The notes under the pieces: model-generated
Seen by the model: the letters and a program-made list of their open reading frames with translations, nothing else
What the model was told of the DNA's origin: nothing
Databases searched by the model: none
IMG/VR virus record: IMGVR_UViG_3300018019_000020
Location: 1 to 35,983 of that record
Length of the DNA: 35,983 bases
DNA from: a virus
Lineage: Duplodnaviria; Caudoviricetes
Reading direction: 5' to 3' (one strand)
Shown: positions 8,562 through 16,529 of the stretch, piece by piece
How positions within the stretch are numbered: position 1 is the stretch's first letter
How the letters are laid out: every line of letters starts with the position of its first letter
Program-made: the position numbers and the translations under genes

Positions 8562-10727
8562 TCAAGATAATTGTGACATAATATGATCAGCTACGGCTGT
8601 ATCGGCAACTTGCCGGTTATCCATAGTTGATTTGTGTAATTCATTCATTTTTTTAAGTAAATCAACCTTTTGGTTATTCATCATCATCCGTTTGGCGTCC
8701 TCATTGTCTTTTGAATCTTGCTGCTGTTGTACTTGCTGCTGCTGCTGTTGAGCTTGGTCCTGCTGTTGTTTCTGCTGAACCTGCTGCTGAATTTGTTGTT
8801 GAGCATTTTTAATATGAGCTATCATCTTAAAGCGCGCATTTATACCGGAGTGCTCTAAGGTTGTGATAGGATCAACATAAGAGGGATCAAGTTGTTGTAA
8901 CCATTGATTCATGGACATAATCTTTTGAAATTCCAATTCGAGGGCTTTTTTGCCCAACGGATTCTTGCTGATCTTAATCCGATATCGCCCGAATGAAACA
9001 TCATTAAGAAGTTTGCCCATTATAGACGCATTAAGTTGAAGCCATTGTGGATCACTGTCATCGCCTAACAGTGGAATAACACGAGGCAGAATTAAGTATT
9101 TTTGAGCCAAAGCTAAATTATTTTGGGCTACCATGACTAATGCGTATTGGGCATTATCATTAAGCCAGTCCTGAAGTAGTGAAGCTTGGGCTACTCTTTG
9201 TTCGTAAAGTTTACCGGTTTCCTTAGCCGATTCCTTACGACCCTGCATATTAGGACCTTGTCCGGAGATAGTATTAGTATCTTCTTTTTCTAACATAGAC
9301 TCTTCAAGTAAACCCTGGGGCATTACCGGAGGTTCAAGTTTAATCATGCGCTTATTTGAAATAGCTCCATCTGCTACTTTCTTTAATCCCACGAGTTCAT
9401 TACTCATTAATTCATCTTCAAAGCCTTTTACGGCTCCCTGCTCTGCAATCCACCCCCCCTGAGTTACTTTCATAACATAGGTAAGCATGGTATTACGTCT
9501 GAGGTTATAAGACGATACGGGATCAATAATATTATCAAGCACGGATTTAGTTTCTAAAATATCGGGATGAAAGTCATGGGCTAAGACGGGGACGAATTTA
9601 AAATTACCATTCTGATACTTTTGCATATCATCATATAATTTTAAGTTTAAAGCCGGGACTACTGAGGTCTGCCAGATCACATCGCGCCATTCTTCTCTTA
9701 TTTTTGGCTCATTATACTGCTGCAAAATTTGTTGAAGTTTCTGAGAGTCATACCAATTTTTTTCAGATAAAGAATCTCTTTTTTTATCCTTAACTAAATC
9801 GGTAATGTCTTGTGAGAGTCCGGTCTTTAAATCCGTAACGGTCATAATAGGTTGTTGTCGTTTCTCATACCAGTCAATTACTTTGAATCTGCCGTCTCCG
9901 TTATACCAGGTAGCGCCATAATTATAGGCTACATCGGCATCGCTAAAACTGTCAAATCCATGCTTTTGACCCTGATAATCTAACGAAGCATTAAGAAAAC
10001 GCTCTGCCCAAGTTAAGAGCATCTTTTTCATTTTCCCTTTTTTAAGTGCGGAGTCACCAACAATCATACGAGCTTTTTCATAAATCTCATCTCTGAGACT
10101 GTGATTATTTTTCGCATAAATATCAATGATTTCAGAGGCTTCATAAAAACCAGAATCCGACATATACCTCATATCGGAGGTATCACGTTTGCGCCAATTC
10201 GTATCAAATTTAATTCTTAAGGAGTCATACCACTCAATTAAAATCATACCATCGGGGTCTTTAAGATATGACCAGGAAGTTTTAAGCCAGCCTATACGAC
10301 CTACTACCGCCCACAGAAAGGCTTTAGAGATTTCATATTCAATATCGTTAGCTTGAGTTAAAAAGTAATTAGATAGAGTTTGATGCAAATCCGCACCTTG
10401 TTGATCCTGGGGAGATATACCGGTAAATTCAAGTCCGGGTACTTGACCTTTGAAATTTCCGACAATAGATAATATTATAGGCAGGAATAAATTCCATTCA
10501 AAATTTGGGCGTTTCTCTAAATTTAATTTTCGTAAATCCTGAGCTGAGTAGATATGACCGGCTAATCTGTAAAAGTTTTGAAGCACTTCTTGTTGAAACA
10601 CTTCAAATTTACCGATTAGACTCATTTCAGCCGAGCCAATTCTTGCAATAGTTTCTACATCTTCATACTCGGATTTAGAACCTGTAATAGGGGAGGGTTC
10701 ATAACCATAGGTCATTTGATCATTCAA
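8562..10727 (-). CDS. Portal protein, P22-like
   Basis: 721 aa after terL; EKRPNFEWNLFLPII...VG, KAFLWAVVGRIGW, KFVPV..., IIDPVSSYNLRRN; Gln-rich C-terminal coil. Confidence 0.88.
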   Translation of the reverse strand: MNDQMTYGYEPSPITGSKSEYEDVETIARIGSAEMSLIGKFEVFQQEVLQNFYRLAGHIYSAQDLRKLNLEKRPNFEWNLFLPIILSIVGNFKGQVPGLEFTGISPQDQQGADLHQTLSNYFLTQANDIEYEISKAFLWAVVGRIGWLKTSWSYLKDPDGMILIEWYDSLRIKFDTNWRKRDTSDMRYMSDSGFYEASEIIDIYAKNNHSLRDEIYEKARMIVGDSALKKGKMKKMLLTWAERFLNASLDYQGQKHGFDSFSDADVAYNYGATWYNGDGRFKVIDWYEKRQQPIMTVTDLKTGLSQDITDLVKDKKRDSLSEKNWYDSQKLQQILQQYNEPKIREEWRDVIWQTSVVPALNLKLYDDMQKYQNGNFKFVPVLAHDFHPDILETKSVLDNIIDPVSSYNLRRNTMLTYVMKVTQGGWIAEQGAVKGFEDELMSNELVGLKKVADGAISNKRMIKLEPPVMPQGLLEESMLEKEDTNTISGQGPNMQGRKESAKETGKLYEQRVAQASLLQDWLNDNAQYALVMVAQNNLALAQKYLILPRVIPLLGDDSDPQWLQLNASIMGKLLNDVSFGRYRIKISKNPLGKKALELEFQKIMSMNQWLQQLDPSYVDPITTLEHSGINARFKMIAHIKNAQQQIQQQVQQKQQQDQAQQQQQQVQQQQDSKDNEDAKRMMMNNQKVDLLKKMNELHKSTMDNRQVADTAVADHIMSQLS

Positions 10728-10758
10728 TATTTAACCTTTAGAGATCTTTACTTCAAAC

Positions 10759-10894
10759 CGGTAAATATTACCACAAAGAATCTTTATCGGTAAATATTAC
10801 TTAAAATTTTATTAATGTCAATAGGTAGTTTACATAATGAGGAAGGTTTCACGTTAGGAACATCGGTAAGAATTACCATATCAGTAAATTTTAC
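10759..10894. promoter_or_regulatory. Four palindromic GTAA-N3-TTAC boxes (putative operators)
   Basis: CGGTAAATATTAC at 10759 and 10788, CGGTAAGAATTAC at 10864, CAGTAAATTTTAC at 10882. Confidence 0.65.
10793..10821 (-). promoter_or_regulatory. Putative sigma70-type promoter for the portal/head operon
   Basis: TTGACA (10821-10816), then 16-17 bp, then TAATAT/AATATT overlapping the second operator box. Confidence 0.55.
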
Positions 10895-10905
10895 TTACTT
10901 AAGTT

Positions 10906-12501
10906 TTACACACTCATAACAGTAGATTCACTAATTTTCTTCTTACCCTTCTTACCATATTTATCAAATTGATAAGGCAGAACCTTTTGAGCTTTAGTAA
11001 ATGGATAAGGGATTGCGGCTAAGATATACCTATCACAATCGGCAGCGTGATCGGGGACATTGGGATCGTTACCACTTCCTGAGATATCCTCAATATTATT
11101 CTCATCAGTTTGCAATGCTGAAATTTCGTCAATAAATGGATCGTTATAACCATCGAAGTAATGGAACATCTTATTTGAGAAATATTGTTTCATTATCCAC
11201 CAGCCTATGATTCTATCGGTCATTGCCCGCTGTAAATAAATTCCATGTTCTTGGAAGATATTGGCGAAGGTTTGATCTGATGGAGTAGCGGAATATCTTT
11301 CTTTTTTAGCGAAGGCATCCAAGCCTGATACTATCATATCGGGCATTCTACCTTTAGTATATGGAAACCCTTTAATTAATTTGTAAATAGCTTTGGCGTG
11401 ACTTTCCGGGTCTCTGTGCTTAACGTAATAAGTGAACAATAAATAAACCTTCTTGTCAAAGCCGCGTGCCATCATACTAAATGCACAAGGGCTTGCCCAG
11501 CCTGGATCAATTCCAGCGTATAATTCCCAATCGTCCGGTATTTCAAAAGGTTTCATTTTGGCTTGATTCTTATCGAACATATCAAAGAAGTCGCCTCCAA
11601 AGGCATCCCAGTCATTATGGAGTAAAGCATTTTCCATTTTCTTACCCAACTGCATAATATTAGCAGCATATCCGGGATCACTTTCCATTAATATTTTATT
11701 CTCTGCAAGAAAGCCGGGAATGAAAGTTCTGGACTTAGCATTCATAAATTGAGGATGTGAGGGAGTTACGGAAACGCCTTGAGGATTGTCTTCGGGATCA
11801 TTTACTGAGGGATCTGAAATAAAGAAGTAAGTTTTACCCGGGATTAAAACCGTCTTATTGGACTTCACAAATCTTTTTTTAACCCATATTAAACCTTCTC
11901 CAGTCGGATTAGTGGTACTTCTCATGCGTTTACCCAAGGATACGCCGTTGTTCATTACGACGCCACGCAAACGACTGAAGAGGTACAAGTACTGTTTCAA
12001 TTGGAATTGAGTTAATTCATCAAAACCAATGTACTGATAAGCCGCGCCTTGATGAGATTCTACGTCTCCCGGCTCTTCTAAATGGCATAAATAAATCTTA
12101 GCTCCTGATAAAAATGTAAAGGAAGATCCAGGCTCACCTTTTCGTTGTAGTACGAACTTAGCATTTAATGGCAGATAGTATTCTTTGGCTTCATCAATCA
12201 AGTTCTGTAGTCTTGTTGAGGTACGTCTGAATAGTACGGCTCTATATTTGGGATGGTTATAAGCGGACATTCCAAACTCTTCATACATATACTGAATACC
12301 TAATGCGTCAATAACGAGTGCCCAAGATTTACCCGGTCCCGCTGCGCCTCCGTATAATACTTCTGTTTCTGCTCTACTTAAGAAGTCAACTTGCCCGCCG
12401 TCTTGGGGAGCCACTACTGAATGCTGAACCACTATTTTTTTAGGCTCGGTATAAATTTCGGGGTCATCTAATATCAGATCGAAGGTTTTGAGGTAACTCA
12501 T
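10906..12501 (-). CDS. terL: Terminase large subunit
   Basis: Walker A YGGAAGPGKS, Walker B YIGFDE, TTNP coupling motif, nuclease GIDPG and DHAADCDRY. Confidence 0.95.
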   Translation of the reverse strand: MSYLKTFDLILDDPEIYTEPKKIVVQHSVVAPQDGGQVDFLSRAETEVLYGGAAGPGKSWALVIDALGIQYMYEEFGMSAYNHPKYRAVLFRRTSTRLQNLIDEAKEYYLPLNAKFVLQRKGEPGSSFTFLSGAKIYLCHLEEPGDVESHQGAAYQYIGFDELTQFQLKQYLYLFSRLRGVVMNNGVSLGKRMRSTTNPTGEGLIWVKKRFVKSNKTVLIPGKTYFFISDPSVNDPEDNPQGVSVTPSHPQFMNAKSRTFIPGFLAENKILMESDPGYAANIMQLGKKMENALLHNDWDAFGGDFFDMFDKNQAKMKPFEIPDDWELYAGIDPGWASPCAFSMMARGFDKKVYLLFTYYVKHRDPESHAKAIYKLIKGFPYTKGRMPDMIVSGLDAFAKKERYSATPSDQTFANIFQEHGIYLQRAMTDRIIGWWIMKQYFSNKMFHYFDGYNDPFIDEISALQTDENNIEDISGSGNDPNVPDHAADCDRYILAAIPYPFTKAQKVLPYQFDKYGKKGKKKISESTVMSV

Positions 12502-13019
12502 TATTTAAAAAGCCTGCTTCCTATAAATTCAAGAATTAATACCGCCGCCGCTCCGATTGCGGCGTACCACTTCCAATCGGTAGAGGCTTCAATTGTTTTC
12601 ATTGCAAAATGATGTACAATTAAAAAGACACTATCCGCCGGGCTCTTTGCTAAAATTTTAATTGCATAATCACCCAGGCTGTCGGAAAATGTTTTATAAG
12701 AATCATATTCTTCTATCGGTTTGGGATGAACAGTAGCTACAGTATCTAACTGAGGCTGGCTTAAAAACTTCCGTAAAGTATCCGCTTTTACACTATCCGG
12801 TTTACTTACATGAGACGCTGCATTCCGAATGACCGGAACAGTAGCTATAGGCAAGGGCTTCGCTATTGCTTTTGTTGAATCGGGTTTTCCCTGGAATACA
12901 ACTATTGAGGGGGCTGTGGATACCGTCTTTTTATTGCCGAAATGATAGCCAATCCACACAGCTAATACCGAATAAGCAATAAAAAGAATGATATTTATTA
13001 TTTTATTTATCTGATTCAT
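12501..13019 (-). CDS. Membrane protein with N- and C-terminal hydrophobic helices, possibly spanin-like
   Basis: IILFIAYSVLAVWIGYHFG at the N-terminus, WYAAIGAAAVLILEFIG at the C-terminus, Pro/Thr-rich linker. Confidence 0.5.
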   Translation of the reverse strand: MNQINKIINIILFIAYSVLAVWIGYHFGNKKTVSTAPSIVVFQGKPDSTKAIAKPLPIATVPVIRNAASHVSKPDSVKADTLRKFLSQPQLDTVATVHPKPIEEYDSYKTFSDSLGDYAIKILAKSPADSVFLIVHHFAMKTIEASTDWKWYAAIGAAAVLILEFIGSRLFK

Positions 13020-13155
13020 TTAACCTACTTTCTAATATTGACCTGAATATCCATACCAAATTACCGGCTTCTCCTAACTTTACGCCTATAATTTTATAAG
13101 TCACAATATCTTCAAAGCGTAATCTACCGTTAATATCTACATAACAGGGGCTCAT
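13003..13155 (-). CDS. Small hypothetical protein (50 aa)
   Basis: Hand-translated MSPCYVDINGRLRFEDIV...ESDK; ATGA overlap with the upstream gene and fills the gap exactly. Confidence 0.5.
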   Translation of the reverse strand: MSPCYVDINGRLRFEDIVTYKIIGVKLGEAGNLVWIFRSILESRLNESDK

Positions 13156-13346
13156 TTCCGTCTGTACTCCCTCCTATACTCCCTCTCTGAGGCTAATACA
13201 TCAGGGCGCTTTCTTCTTACTCTCTGATAACTGTTTTGGCAGTCCTTACAGTAACTCTGGAATCCTCTGTCGTTAATTTTACACTTCGGGCATATCTTTG
13301 GCTCAGGAGGATTTATTAAACAATCATTGTGCTTGTACTTTGTCAT
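13152..13346 (-). CDS. Small zinc-finger protein
   Basis: CPKC...YCKDC followed by a basic helix; has its own upstream promoter. Confidence 0.6.
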   Translation of the reverse strand: MTKYKHNDCLINPPEPKICPKCKINDRGFQSYCKDCQNSYQRVRRKRPDVLASEREYRREYRRK

Positions 13347-13370
13347 TGTAACTTTCTGTTTTACCCTGCT

Positions 13371-13424
13371 AATGTACGTTAATATTATCGCAATGTCAAT
13401 ACTTTATTAAAATAAATATTATCG
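13371..13424 (-). promoter_or_regulatory. Promoter for the terL operon with two direct repeats
   Basis: TTGACA (13399-13394), 17 bp, TACATT (13376-13371); AATATTATCG repeated at 13381 and 13415, flanking the -35. Confidence 0.65.
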
Positions 13425-13708
13425 TACTTGAAATCCCAAAAGTGTTTTACCGGTGTTTTTCGACACTTTCCTTTGATTCTGATTCATTTTCGCACTTTCT
13501 ATTTCTCACTTTTTTTTTACTTTCTTCGTTTATTTGCCAAATTCTAATCTTTTCAAAATGACCTTTTACCACCGCAAAAACACTTGGCCCCGGTGTAATC
13601 CCTAAGAATATACCAAAATAAAAATTCTATACCTCTGAAAAAAAATTATCTCCTGGGATTTCGCATAGGACTATTGGAAAAATACTGGGTTAGAATACCT
13701 TTATTGAC

Positions 13709-13716
13709 GGGTAGGG
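13709..13716 (+). other. KOPS-like octamer GGGTAGGG
   Basis: Matches GGGNAGGG and points toward the XerD-like arm of the dif-like site about 135 bp away. Confidence 0.5.
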
Positions 13717-13851
13717 ATGATTTGCGGATGGCGGCACCGACCACCGTTCTCCCCATGGGGGGGCTACCCAGACATAGGGGGGCTTGATTTGAACCGGCTA
13801 ACCTTATCGGCTGCTGTATCGTTATCGTTAAATCGTTAATTTGTGTACGTT

Positions 13852-13879
13852 AGTTTACATAATATACATTATCGGACAG
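13852..13879 (-). other. dif: dif-like XerC/XerD recombination site
   Basis: Minus strand CTGTCCGATAA-TGTATA-TTATGTAAACT versus E. coli dif GGTGCGCATAA-TGTATA-TTATGTTAAAT; 11-6-11 architecture, intergenic. Confidence 0.85.
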
Positions 13880-13944
13880 CTAATGTTGCGATTATAAGCT
13901 AAATTCACACTTATCATTAGTGACATGACAGCTTGGCATACTTA

Positions 13945-14664
13945 TCATTCGTGCTTACCGTAGGATTCGATGAGTTGCTTGATACTCTCAACGGATTGCT
14001 CCGGCAGGTTGATTGTATTTTGGAACTGGGGTACAACATAAGTCTTAACGATTACGAGGTTATCTGAGTTAATCCTTTTATTTATAAGCCCTATGCCGGT
14101 TATTTTAGCGATGAGTTCCGCTGCCTTTGCGGCTGCCATGCCATTAAAATTGTACATGCCTGTCTCTTTGCCGTGTTTATCGAGCACCGGAACCGCTTGC
14201 ATTGCCCTGTTATACAAGTCGTTGAGGTTAGAAAGTAGCTTATTTTCGCTAATTTCGAGCTTTTTCTGCCGGATGTGATAAATGTATTGTATATATTGTT
14301 GTACTTTACTATTCCTTACTAACACAGACGCTTTTGACGGCAAAGAATCAGGCGCACAATTTGGATAAGCTATTTTGTAACTTTCTGTTAAGTTAAGATT
14401 ACTTAAATAATTATCCGCAAATACTTTATGCTCTTTTTTAAATGTAGTTAAAAACTTTGCATATTCTTTTTCATTTTTGAAGGCAAGTTGGTTAGACTCA
14501 TCTTTTTGCGCTAAAATAGAAGAATCTTTAATTTCAGAATCTTTAATTTCAGTCTTTTTTTTTTCTTTTTCTACGGCGGAGTGTTCCACTGCGGGCAGGT
14601 TTTTCATTTTTTTTGCAAACTGCTTTATAGTAGTACGTATATCTTTTGTTTGTCCTTTGTGCAT
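13945..14664 (-). CDS. terS: Terminase small subunit
   Basis: FADNYL..LNLTESYKIAY...ASVLVRNSKVQQYI HTH region and RAMQAVPVLDK.GKETGMYNFNG.AAAKAAELIAK, typical of Terminase_2-type TerS. Confidence 0.88.
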   Translation of the reverse strand: MHKGQTKDIRTTIKQFAKKMKNLPAVEHSAVEKEKKKTEIKDSEIKDSSILAQKDESNQLAFKNEKEYAKFLTTFKKEHKVFADNYLSNLNLTESYKIAYPNCAPDSLPSKASVLVRNSKVQQYIQYIYHIRQKKLEISENKLLSNLNDLYNRAMQAVPVLDKHGKETGMYNFNGMAAAKAAELIAKITGIGLINKRINSDNLVIVKTYVVPQFQNTINLPEQSVESIKQLIESYGKHE

Positions 14665-14670
14665 GGCGTA

Positions 14671-14699
14671 AATTTAGTAATAGGAAATAACAAATGCAA
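14671..14699 (-). promoter_or_regulatory. Putative promoter giving a leaderless terS transcript
   Basis: TTGCAT, 17 bp, TAAATT, 6 nt, then ATG; no SD present. Confidence 0.5.
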
Positions 14700-14770
14700 T
14701 ATGGAAACTTTTCAGGGGAAAATTTATAATCGGAAATATTTGTGATTTAAGTCATCCCATATTTATTGCC

Positions 14771-14801
14771 TTTACAACTAACATTATATACGTTATGTTT
14801 G
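14771..14801 (+). promoter_or_regulatory. Putative early promoter
   Basis: TTTACA, 17 bp, TATGTTTG (fits the FCB-type TAnnTTTG element); overlapped by an AACAT...ATGTT inverted repeat. Confidence 0.5.
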
Positions 14802-14842
14802 TTATAATAATTATTAACAATATAAAAAGGTTACAACATATC

Positions 14843-14977
14843 ATGAAAACAGCATATAATTTATCAGTTGAAAAAGAACTTTGGAAAAAGTTCAAAAGCA
14901 AATGTGCATCTGAGGGGAAAACTATTGTTGCAAAACTCACCGATTTTATTAAGACCTTTGTCGGAGAAAAGAAATGA
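14843..14977 (+). CDS. Ribbon-helix-helix DNA-binding protein (ParG/Arc-like, 44 aa)
   Basis: MKTAYNLSVEKELWKKFKSKCASEGKTIVAKLTDFI shows the RHH pattern; AAAAGG SD supports ATG 14843 over the 14795 start. Confidence 0.75.
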   Translation: MKTAYNLSVEKELWKKFKSKCASEGKTIVAKLTDFIKTFVGEKK

Positions 14978-15369
14978 CAATGACCGAAGTTCATAAGCTG
15001 CCGTATAAATTACAAAGCGAAAATTTGCCCGAAGTCGCTGCGGTTTATTTCATTGTTAATGATTTAGTACCAATTTATATCGGACAATCAGTGAATATCA
15101 GAAACCGGATGAAACAACATTCGCGCATTATGGACACTTATAACAGATTACGCATCTATTATCTTGAGATTCAGGATAATTCAGAGAGATTTAGACTTGA
15201 GAGTGAGCTTATCAGCGAGTTTAAGCCTTGTCTTAACGTAGTTAGAAAAGAATTGGTTGGAAACTCCCAACTTTCCCAAGAACAAATTATAGATTTACAA
15301 GACAGGGGCTACCGAGTTACTAACGAAGGATATTTTAAGATAAAACAATTAAATAATAACAAAATTTGA
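14974..15369 (+). CDS. GIY-YIG nuclease family protein
   Basis: AVYFI...IYIGQSVNIRNRMKQH...LESELISEFKPCLN. Confidence 0.85.
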   Translation: MTMTEVHKLPYKLQSENLPEVAAVYFIVNDLVPIYIGQSVNIRNRMKQHSRIMDTYNRLRIYYLEIQDNSERFRLESELISEFKPCLNVVRKELVGNSQLSQEQIIDLQDRGYRVTNEGYFKIKQLNNNKI

Positions 15370-15380
15370 AAGGCACACAA

Positions 15381-15575
15381 ATGAAAAAAGGTGATATTGT
15401 AAAAATATTTGAAAAGCCCTTATCAGAAGAGGGTTATGAGGGGAGCGCTAAGTTGATTAAAAAAATAAAGGGGATCGATTTATACAACGGGCTAATCCTC
15501 GAACGCTGGGAGGTAGAGTTTGAGTCGGACTTTTTCCGTTGTGAAAGGCTTATAGCCTACGGAGAAAAAAAATAA
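15381..15575 (+). CDS. Hypothetical protein
   Basis: MKKGDIVKIFEKPL...EGSAKLIKK; GAAAGG SD before ATG 15381. Confidence 0.65.
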   Translation: MKKGDIVKIFEKPLSEEGYEGSAKLIKKIKGIDLYNGLILERWEVEFESDFFRCERLIAYGEKK

Positions 15576-15578
15576 AAT

Positions 15579-16165
15579 ATAATAAGCCGGCTTAAATGCC
15601 CGCCAGGAGGTTAATATCATGGAAACTATAGTAATGTGTGTTACTATATTAGTAGCATCTTTTTTTACTTTCATATTATTACAGAGAAAAAATAGGATAG
15701 AAGAGTCTACGTTTAATACTATAATGGCAATCCTACTAAATTGGATAGTATGCGTAGGAATAGCAGCAATTGTTTTACATTCTACAACTAAATATGAAAT
15801 TAAAACTTGCGTTACTTATGAGCTAATATCTTTGCATAACATGCAAGCAATACAAGGTAATTTTTTCTTAGGAAGTGGTTATATAAATCAAGAAATGGTT
15901 TATGCCTTTTACTATAAAGAGGGTAGTGGGTATCGGTTTAAGCAAATACCCGCCGCAAAGTCGAAAATATTTTATACAAAAGATTTATCAAAAATAAACT
16001 ATTTTCAAACTATAGAAATTCCATATTTGAAAATAGGAAATGATTATACCATCGAAAATGATTGGTATAATATTTATGTGCCAGAAGGTACAATAAAGCA
16101 AGATTTTGAATTAAATCAATGATAATAAGCCGGGCTTAACCGCCCGGCAGGAGGTTAATATAATG
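15579..16165 (+). repeat. Two ~43-bp intergenic direct repeats (hairpin + SD + ATG) flanking one gene
   Basis: ATAATAAGCCGG-CTTAAATGCCCGCCAGGAGGTTAATATCATG (15579) and ATAATAAGCCGGGCTTAACCGCCCGGCAGGAGGTTAATATAATG (16122). Confidence 0.85.
15619..16122 (+). CDS. Membrane protein with two TM helices and a soluble domain
   Basis: Two hydrophobic helices, then GNFFLGSGYI and YNIYVPEGTIK motifs typical of phage accessory membrane proteins. Confidence 0.7.
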   Translation: METIVMCVTILVASFFTFILLQRKNRIEESTFNTIMAILLNWIVCVGIAAIVLHSTTKYEIKTCVTYELISLHNMQAIQGNFFLGSGYINQEMVYAFYYKEGSGYRFKQIPAAKSKIFYTKDLSKINYFQTIEIPYLKIGNDYTIENDWYNIYVPEGTIKQDFELNQ

Positions 16166-16279
16166 AACTTCAAAAACACTTTTTTTGCAGCTGCGCTAAT
16201 GTGGATAGGCTTAGTTGTGGGAATTTATTACTTGTTAAATTGGTGGGTGACTGCTTTTATTAATTATATATCGAAATGA
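16163..16279 (+). CDS. Small membrane peptide (38 aa)
   Basis: AGGAGG SD; MNFKNTFFAAALMWIGLVVGIYYLLNWWVTAFINYISK. Confidence 0.65.
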   Translation: MNFKNTFFAAALMWIGLVVGIYYLLNWWVTAFINYISK

Positions 16280-16286
16280 GGTTTTT

Positions 16287-16529
16287 ATGGAAACTTTCAC
16301 GGAAAAATTAAACGACACAAACCCTTTATATATTCAGGCTTGCAAGCATGAACTAATATTTAGCTTGAATGTAGAGGTTGAAGTTACTAAACCCATAATA
16401 CTTTACACTGTAACTCTTACTACATTTAATCAAACTAAAGCAACATATATAATTAAGAAAAGACTTTACAAACAGACATTTGAAGACATAAACGTATTAA
16501 TTAACAAACTTATATCGGAGGTTTTATAA
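16287..16529 (+). CDS. Hypothetical protein
   Basis: 80 aa, GAGG SD, tightly packed with neighbours. Confidence 0.6.
   Translation: METFTEKLNDTNPLYIQACKHELIFSLNVEVEVTKPIILYTVTLTTFNQTKATYIIKKRLYKQTFEDINVLINKLISEVL

Noticed and set aside
8713-8800. CTG/TTG triplet repeat
   Set aside because: Encodes the Gln-rich portal C-terminal coil, which is ordinary for P22-like portals.
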